A stretch of DNA of 64,000 nucleotides. Origin: Candidatus Latescibacterota bacterium. GTDB taxonomy: Bacteria > Latescibacterota > UBA2968 > GCA-2709665. The notes below the pieces were generated by a model. It was not told the DNA's origin and made no database searches. It saw only the letters and a list, made by a program, of their open reading frames with translations. Each line of letters opens with the position of its first letter. The stretch's first letter is position 1. The translations under genes and the position numbers were made by a program. Below, one piece after another: positions 58,215-64,000 of this stretch. Location: the NCBI GenBank assembly GCA_965219995.1, contig CBDCOX010000002.1, positions 3,936,001 to 4,000,000 on the forward strand, given 5' to 3'.

Positions 58215-61200
58215 ATGCTGACCATCGATCGGGACGCGCCGGTCCCCGAGCCGGGGAGATCCATCTGGTACACGGTGGATGGGATTCGCCGGGCCCGGAA
58301 GAATATCCGCACGCAGGAATGGGCCGCGAAAGAGTGGGAGCGGATCAGCGAAGTCGCGGAGAAGTGGGTCCGGGTTTCCGATGAGGACATCCTGGCGCTC
58401 GTGCCGGCCAGGGGGTCGATCTTCTGCAGCGGGCGGAACGGGAGTCCCTGCTGCAAGGCGGCCTGGCGGTGCGAGGTGTCGCGGCCCCGCCGTGCATTCT
58501 GCGGGGATTGCGGGCGCGAATACCCGGACAACGGGAAAGGGTCTCCATTCCGCGACGAGGGACGCGGTTTCTACTACGAAGGGAAATGGTTCGCGCCTGT
58601 GCCCGTGTGGAACAGTTTCATCGTGAGTATGCTGAGCACCTACTCGTACGGCTCCGGCGGGCCCACCGACAACGCGCTGTTGAATCTGGCCCTGGCCTAC
58701 GCGATAACCGGCGAGACCCGGTTCGGCGAAAAGGCCCTGCTGATCTACGACGCGCTGGCCACGCTCGCGCCCACGACCATCGGTCCGCTGGACATCCCGG
58801 AGGGCGAGGACCGGGAGATGGGGCGCATGCACGCCGAGACGTGCCACGTCAACCGGCAGCGGTTCGTGGACATGCAGGCGTACGACCTGATCTCCGGTCT
58901 TCCCTCGATGGACGGGATTTCACCGACACGGGGGGATGGACGCATCAGCATCAGGGAGAATATCGCGGAGGGCATGCTGGAAGATTACGTGATGACGGAA
59001 GGGGGCGGGTACAATCTGCGTGAAGGAAACATCACCCATTTCCAGAATCACGAACTGGATGGGTTCCGGGCGCTGCTGTCCATCGGCCTGGCGACCGGCA
59101 GACCCGATTTCATCACGTGGGCGGGAGGGGCATTCCGGTCCTTTCTCGATAATGTGCTCGGCAGGGACGGAGGATACTACGAGAACTCCGAGATGTACGC
59201 GTATTTCTCCGGTACGCTGATGCAGGACGTGGCGGAGCTGATGTACCATTACGATCCCGGCAGGTACGCTTCACCGGAAGATTACCCGACGGCGGCGGAG
59301 TTGATGGGGATGAAGAACGCCTTCGATCATCCCCGCCTCGTCCGGCTGTGCCTGGAGTACACGGAACTGATCCGGGCGTGCGGCCGCATCCCCTCTTATG
59401 GAAACACGAATGCGCTCCCGGGGTACCGGCCGCCGTCGGAACGCCAGGTGATGCCGTCGCACTGGTCGCTGCTGGAACGGCTCTACTTCCGGAGCGATAA
59501 CCCGGAAACGAGACTGCAGGCGGAGGAAGTGATGCTGGACCTGTCCGATGGCGCCGCTGAAAACGTCCGCAACGGCACGTGGGCGCTGTTCAATACCGAA
59601 CCCGGTCCTGCCGGTGAAGAAGGGGCCGGACCCGCCCGCGGCTCTTCCTTTGTCGGTCACAAGGGCGTGGTGGTCCTGCGCAGCGGGACCGGCGACCGGT
59701 CGCGCGCGCTGATTGTGCGGGGAGGGGCGAATCTTCTGTCGCAGGACGACCAGCTGGCGGTGTTTCTGTACGACAAGGGCCGCACGGTCATCGAAGACGT
59801 GGGGTACGCCCTGGCCGGTTCACACGTGCACAAAGGGTGGGGAATGCGGGCGATCTCGCACGCGATGGTGACCGTGGACGAGGACATGCCAACGTCGCAG
59901 GGCTACGAATTCGTGCCGAGCGCGGACCTGGTCGCCTTCGAGGACCTGGGCGGTGTGAAGATCGCGGAGTACTCCGCGCCGCTGTCACGGATCCACCAGG
60001 GCGCAACCGAGTACCGACGGGCGCTGATCTTCTGCGACGTGAACGAAGGGACCTCCTATACACTGGACCTGTTCCTGGTGACCGGAGGGCGCATCCACGA
60101 CTACGCGATGAACGGGCCGAAGTTTTTCGAGGGGGATGCGGGATCGTTCTCGCTTACAGGCGTGTCGCCCGAGGCCCGTTCGGGCGTCTGGACGCTGGCG
60201 GCGCTGGGGACCCTGGACGGTTCCGAAGAGGCCAACGCGTCGGGAAAAAGCTGGGGAGAGCGAATCGGTCCGAACGATCGCATCCAGGGCGTGGCCGCCT
60301 CGGACGGCAGCCCGCTGCCCTACGGGTGGCTGCCGCCGCCGGGAAACGGGTACGCGTTCATCCACGACGTCAAGACCACCCCGCTGGAACGGGATGCGTA
60401 CGCGCACTGGCGATTCGGCGACCTGCGCGATACCCATTTCGGCGTCTTGTTTCCTGCCGACCCTGCCGCGACCCTGATCGCCGCGAAGGGTCCCGACTTG
60501 AAAGGCGAACAGCAGATCGACAGACTGATCGTCCGCCGGGAAGGGGAGGATCTGAAGAGCCTGTTCATCAGTGCATTCGAGGCGTTTTCGGGTTCGCGCA
60601 ACGTGACGGGCGTCCGGGTGCTCGCGCGGGACCCTCAAAACGGGAACGTCGCGGCGCGGGTTGAACTGGCGGACGGCAGGCGGGATACGGTATTATTCTC
60701 GAGAGGCGGCCGGATGGAACTCGAGGATCCCGAAGGGGTGCCAATCGCGCTGGCGGGGCGATTCGGAGTCGTTCGGGAAGGGAACGGCGAGGTGACGCTG
60801 TTCCTGGTGGAAGGGACGCGCCTGCGGTTTGGCGACGCGGTAACGACACTCCCGCAAGCGCGTTTCGAAGCCCGGATCGCGGAAATGGACGCCGATGCGG
60901 AAACCGTGACGATCGACCGGGGTCTGCCGGGCGGGATGCGGTTGGAGGACCGTCTGTGCCGGGTCGGATCGGGCGATTCCGAGGCGCCGTATTCTCACCG
61001 CTCGGGATATCGTGTCGTCGCCGCCGAGGCCGGCGAAGCCGCCCGGCTGGCTCTGCAGCACGGCGACCCGCGGCTGGTCAGGGGCAGGGTTGTCTCTGTC
61101 GAAGCCCCGGATATTCTGCACTGCGATGTTCCGATCGCGTTTGCCTGGGGATTCAACAACAGCGGTGACAAAGGTGAATACATGCGAAAGGTGCTGCGGA

Positions 61201-61376
61201 CGGAGGACGGGTCGTTCGCGTCCCGGATCGTCGAACTGCTGGCGTTCAAGAAGATCCGGCTGGAGTCGGTTGCGGGGCTGCGAGAGGGCCTGCGCTTTGT
61301 GATTCTGGACTTCAAGCCAGGCGATCGGATCTCGATTCCGAATTCCGGGAGCTCGGTCCTGTCACGGAGACGCTGA
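58215..61376 (+). CDS. Large heparinase II/III-like protein with Cys-rich (zinc-ribbon-like) N-terminal insert
   Basis: CCK...CGDCGREYP, QNHE, DGGYYENSEMY, LRSG, ISHAMVTVD, YRRAL; GGAGGG RBS before 58215. Confidence 0.72.
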   Translation: MLTIDRDAPVPEPGRSIWYTVDGIRRARKNIRTQEWAAKEWERISEVAEKWVRVSDEDILALVPARGSIFCSGRNGSPCCKAAWRCEVSRPRRAFCGDCGREYPDNGKGSPFRDEGRGFYYEGKWFAPVPVWNSFIVSMLSTYSYGSGGPTDNALLNLALAYAITGETRFGEKALLIYDALATLAPTTIGPLDIPEGEDREMGRMHAETCHVNRQRFVDMQAYDLISGLPSMDGISPTRGDGRISIRENIAEGMLEDYVMTEGGGYNLREGNITHFQNHELDGFRALLSIGLATGRPDFITWAGGAFRSFLDNVLGRDGGYYENSEMYAYFSGTLMQDVAELMYHYDPGRYASPEDYPTAAELMGMKNAFDHPRLVRLCLEYTELIRACGRIPSYGNTNALPGYRPPSERQVMPSHWSLLERLYFRSDNPETRLQAEEVMLDLSDGAAENVRNGTWALFNTEPGPAGEEGAGPARGSSFVGHKGVVVLRSGTGDRSRALIVRGGANLLSQDDQLAVFLYDKGRTVIEDVGYALAGSHVHKGWGMRAISHAMVTVDEDMPTSQGYEFVPSADLVAFEDLGGVKIAEYSAPLSRIHQGATEYRRALIFCDVNEGTSYTLDLFLVTGGRIHDYAMNGPKFFEGDAGSFSLTGVSPEARSGVWTLAALGTLDGSEEANASGKSWGERIGPNDRIQGVAASDGSPLPYGWLPPPGNGYAFIHDVKTTPLERDAYAHWRFGDLRDTHFGVLFPADPAATLIAAKGPDLKGEQQIDRLIVRREGEDLKSLFISAFEAFSGSRNVTGVRVLARDPQNGNVAARVELADGRRDTVLFSRGGRMELEDPEGVPIALAGRFGVVREGNGEVTLFLVEGTRLRFGDAVTTLPQARFEARIAEMDADAETVTIDRGLPGGMRLEDRLCRVGSGDSEAPYSHRSGYRVVAAEAGEAARLALQHGDPRLVRGRVVSVEAPDILHCDVPIAFAWGFNNSGDKGEYMRKVLRTEDGSFASRIVELLAFKKIRLESVAGLREGLRFVILDFKPGDRISIPNSGSSVLSRRR

Positions 61377-61390
61377 ACCCGGATCTGCAA

Positions 61391-61466
61391 CCCCCCGTGC
61401 CGGCAATGCCGCCATCGCGGCCCTCTGTGCGGCATAGGGATCTGATGCGGGGGGCCTTTTTCCTTT
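61391..61466 (+). terminator. Putative terminator/structured region after the heparinase-like gene
   Basis: CCCCCCG...CGGGGGG pairing that encloses ATGCCGC/GCGGCAT, followed by CCTTTTTCCTTT. Confidence 0.4.
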
Positions 61467-61581
61467 AAATTTCCGCGAATGTTCGATATTATGCATGGCA
61501 GCGGACTTCAGCCGACGTGACGCCGGGAATGACCGGCGATAAAAGACGAGCCAGTTCATTCCATATCACCGGGGGACGGTC

Positions 61582-63546
61582 ATGCAGCAAACACAGCCGG
61601 ATTCACGTCCTGAAGCGACTGCCGGTCCGGAACGATGGGGCGTCACCGCGCGAGCGGTTGCCATCGGGCTTGGCGTAGCCCTGTTCATACAGGGCTGGGG
61701 CATCTTTTCGAGCCGGGTAATCCGTTCGTCCGGCGTGACGGCCGGTTTTCTTTCGCCGGCCCTGTTCATCGCGATCCTGCTCGTCCTGTTCGTCCTGAAT
61801 CCGTTCCTGAAGCGGGTTGTCCGTTCCGGCGGCCTGAGCCTCGCGGAGATGCTGACGATATTCGCGATGGGGCTGATGGGCGGCGCTCCCATCGCGGCCC
61901 TGTACGCCTTTATCACGATTCCCTACTACCTGGCCACCCCTGAAAACCAGTGGGGCAACCTCCTGCACCCGAACCTGCCTTCATGGGTCGCGCCCCTCGA
62001 CGTGGACGGCGCCGTCACGCTTCTGTTCAACGGCCTGCCGGACGGGCAGGGTACGATACCATGGGGGGCATGGGTCGTGCCCATGTTCTGGTGGGTGCTT
62101 CTGTTCTGCGTGCTGGCATTCGCCGCGGCTTCGATTTCCGTGGTACTCCGGAAACAGTGGGTGGAACACGAGCGGCTGCGGTACCCGGTACTGGAACCGA
62201 TCGTGGAGATGGCCAGGGGCTCGGAATCCGGCGGGTGGTGGCCGCAGTTCGCCCGCGGAAAGCTGTTCTGGTTCGGGGCAGGATTCGCCTTCGTCTTTAT
62301 CTTCTGGAACGCGCTGCCCTGGATCTCTCCGGCTTTTCCCGAAATGCCGGTTCGCGGGCGGGTGTATGCCTTCTTCGGGCGGGATATGCCGCCCATGTTC
62401 AGCTATATCGATCCGTTTTCATTCGCGTTCTCCTATTTTGCAAATCTGGACGTCCTGTTCAGCGTGTGGTTCTTCTTCGCCGTGTTCGTTCTGGAATTCG
62501 GGGTTTTCAACCGGCTGGGCTACAGCATCGGCGGCAGAGGCGACCGGTACGGATCCTACGATGCCGCGTCGAGCTGGCAGGGCCTCGGCGCGTTTTGCGT
62601 CTTTGTATTATTCGGCCTCTGGATGGCCAGGCGCCACCTTAAGGACGTGCTGATGAAGGCGTGGCGGTCGGACCATTCCGTGGACGATTCGCGAGAGATG
62701 CTGTCGTACCGGACCGCGGTCGTGGGCGTTGTGGTGGGATTCGTCTTCGCGGTCGTGTGGCTGAACCGGGCGGGGATGGACTTGCAGATGGCGATTCCGC
62801 TCGTGGCGATGCTCTTCGTTCTCTACATCGGCGTCGCGCGGATCATCGCCGAGTCGGGACTGCTGTACGTGCAGGGGCCGATGACGGCGCAGAGCTTCTC
62901 GGTGTATCTGCTGGGCGCGAAAGCGGTGTCGCCGTCGAGCCTGACCACGCTTCTGTTTTCCTATCCGATCCACGCGAATTCGACCTCGCAGATGTCGCAC
63001 GTGGCCAAGGTGGGCGAGCAGATCCGGGACAGGGGACGGCGGCTGTTCTGGGCGGTGGGCCTGTCGTTCCTGGCGACAACCCTGATTGTAATCGTCGGGA
63101 CACTCTATCTGGGCTATACCCGCGGCGCCGAGAATTTCGGACACGGCTTCATCTGCGGGGGTGTGCACAATTTCCCGGATACCGTGAGCAAGATCAAGGA
63201 GCCGTTCGACGTCGACTGGAACCGGATCATGTTTTTCGGCATCGGCGCCGCGGTCATGGCCGTCCTCACGTTTCTCCGGTACCGGTTTCCGTGGTGGCCG
63301 ATCCATCCGGTCGGGTTCGCCATCATGGGGACGGATCTGGTACGGAATTTCGCGCTGACGCTGTTTCTGGCGTGGGCGTGCAAGACGGTGATCCTGCGGG
63401 TTGGCGGAAACACCATGTTCAGACAGGCGCAGCCGTTCTTCCTCGGGCTGCTGGTCGGGCACGTCCTGGGGATCACGGGAGCGTTCCTCGTGGATATGTT
63501 CCTGTTCCCCGGAGCCGGGCATAGCATTCACCCGTGGATAGAATAA
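61582..63546 (+). CDS. Polytopic membrane protein, DUF6785/DUF6784 (OPT-like) putative transporter
   Basis: Many TM helices; YYLATPENQW, RKQWVEHERLRYP, RIIAESG, RFPWWPIHPVGF, PFFLGL. Confidence 0.8.
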   Translation: MQQTQPDSRPEATAGPERWGVTARAVAIGLGVALFIQGWGIFSSRVIRSSGVTAGFLSPALFIAILLVLFVLNPFLKRVVRSGGLSLAEMLTIFAMGLMGGAPIAALYAFITIPYYLATPENQWGNLLHPNLPSWVAPLDVDGAVTLLFNGLPDGQGTIPWGAWVVPMFWWVLLFCVLAFAAASISVVLRKQWVEHERLRYPVLEPIVEMARGSESGGWWPQFARGKLFWFGAGFAFVFIFWNALPWISPAFPEMPVRGRVYAFFGRDMPPMFSYIDPFSFAFSYFANLDVLFSVWFFFAVFVLEFGVFNRLGYSIGGRGDRYGSYDAASSWQGLGAFCVFVLFGLWMARRHLKDVLMKAWRSDHSVDDSREMLSYRTAVVGVVVGFVFAVVWLNRAGMDLQMAIPLVAMLFVLYIGVARIIAESGLLYVQGPMTAQSFSVYLLGAKAVSPSSLTTLLFSYPIHANSTSQMSHVAKVGEQIRDRGRRLFWAVGLSFLATTLIVIVGTLYLGYTRGAENFGHGFICGGVHNFPDTVSKIKEPFDVDWNRIMFFGIGAAVMAVLTFLRYRFPWWPIHPVGFAIMGTDLVRNFALTLFLAWACKTVILRVGGNTMFRQAQPFFLGLLVGHVLGITGAFLVDMFLFPGAGHSIHPWIE

Positions 63547-63564
63547 GAAGCTGTACGGGGATGG

Positions 63565-64000
63565 ATGATGTTTGACGTGATCAAGAGGATTCTTCTCGCT
63601 CTGCTGACGCTGGCCGTCCTCGCACTCGTGGTCGTGTTCGATCCCGAGGAAGTCTCCGACGTGATGCGGGATACGCTGAGAATTCACCAGGTGGCGCCAG
63701 GGGAGCAGGTGCGCGGCGATCTGTCGGCCGAGGACCGTGCGGTTCGACGGGTTGTGGATGCGATCACCGAAGACGACGTACGCTCTCACGTGGCGTCATT
63801 GACCCGGATGCCGTCGCGCGTGGTCGGGTACGGCGGGGAACGGCAGGCGCGGGACTATATCGTATCGCAGTTCGAGGCGCTGGGTCTGGAGCGAATCACG
63901 ACGGAAACCTTTGACGTGACCGTGCCGATCGACCGGGGCGGCGTGTTGAAGGAGACGGCCACGGGCGCGGAAACACCCATATACGGCCTCTGGCCGAACG
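63565..64000 (+). CDS. Partial CDS (runs off the window): membrane-anchored protein with M28 peptidase-like N-terminus
   Basis: Open frame MMFDVIKRILLALL...VRSHVASLT..SRVVGYGGERQARDYIVSQFEALGL...PIYGLWPN with no stop before 64000. Confidence 0.65.
   Translation, partial: MMFDVIKRILLALLTLAVLALVVVFDPEEVSDVMRDTLRIHQVAPGEQVRGDLSAEDRAVRRVVDAITEDDVRSHVASLTRMPSRVVGYGGERQARDYIVSQFEALGLERITTETFDVTVPIDRGGVLKETATGAETPIYGLWPN

Overview
A GC-rich bacterial chromosomal window with about 41 protein-coding genes. I see no rRNA, tRNA, CRISPR array or transposase. The PorV-like barrel, T9SS-type C-terminal domain, GWxTD protein, paired 'DFxxF' EF-hand/dockerin-like modules and many heparinase II/III-like paralogues point to an FCB-related lineage such as Latescibacterota or Gemmatimonadota (inference). 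The left half (1-26.4 kb) is entirely on the minus strand. It holds (a) a glutamate dehydrogenase with an intact N-terminal receiver (REC) domain, encoded 16 bp upstream of a membrane hybrid kinase (PAS-HisKA-HATPase-REC-REC-HPt); (b) a crotonase / CoA-ligase / PhyH dioxygenase / amidohydrolase / M3 peptidase cluster; and (c) an acetyltransferase-hydrolase cluster with two AAC(3)-family proteins and a frameshifted kelch gene. The right half (27-64 kb) is entirely on the plus strand. It holds a ~15-kb outer-membrane operon (OMP barrel, TonB-dependent receptor, T9SS-CTD-like cargo, PorV-like barrel, two non-catalytic FGE-fold lipoproteins, TPR, CRTAC1/UnbV, GWxTD), then heparinase/DUF4962-like lyases, Gfo/Idh/MocA oxidoreductases, an orphan DNA methyltransferase, an S55 peptidase and the start of a DUF6785-type transporter locus. 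Three families of dispersed intergenic repeats with 7- or 9-bp periodic arms each occur twice. The best candidates for undescribed systems are the phosphorelay-controlled REC-GDH and the SusD-less TonB receptor / T9SS-cargo / PorV module. All family calls come from motifs read by eye; no database searches were run.
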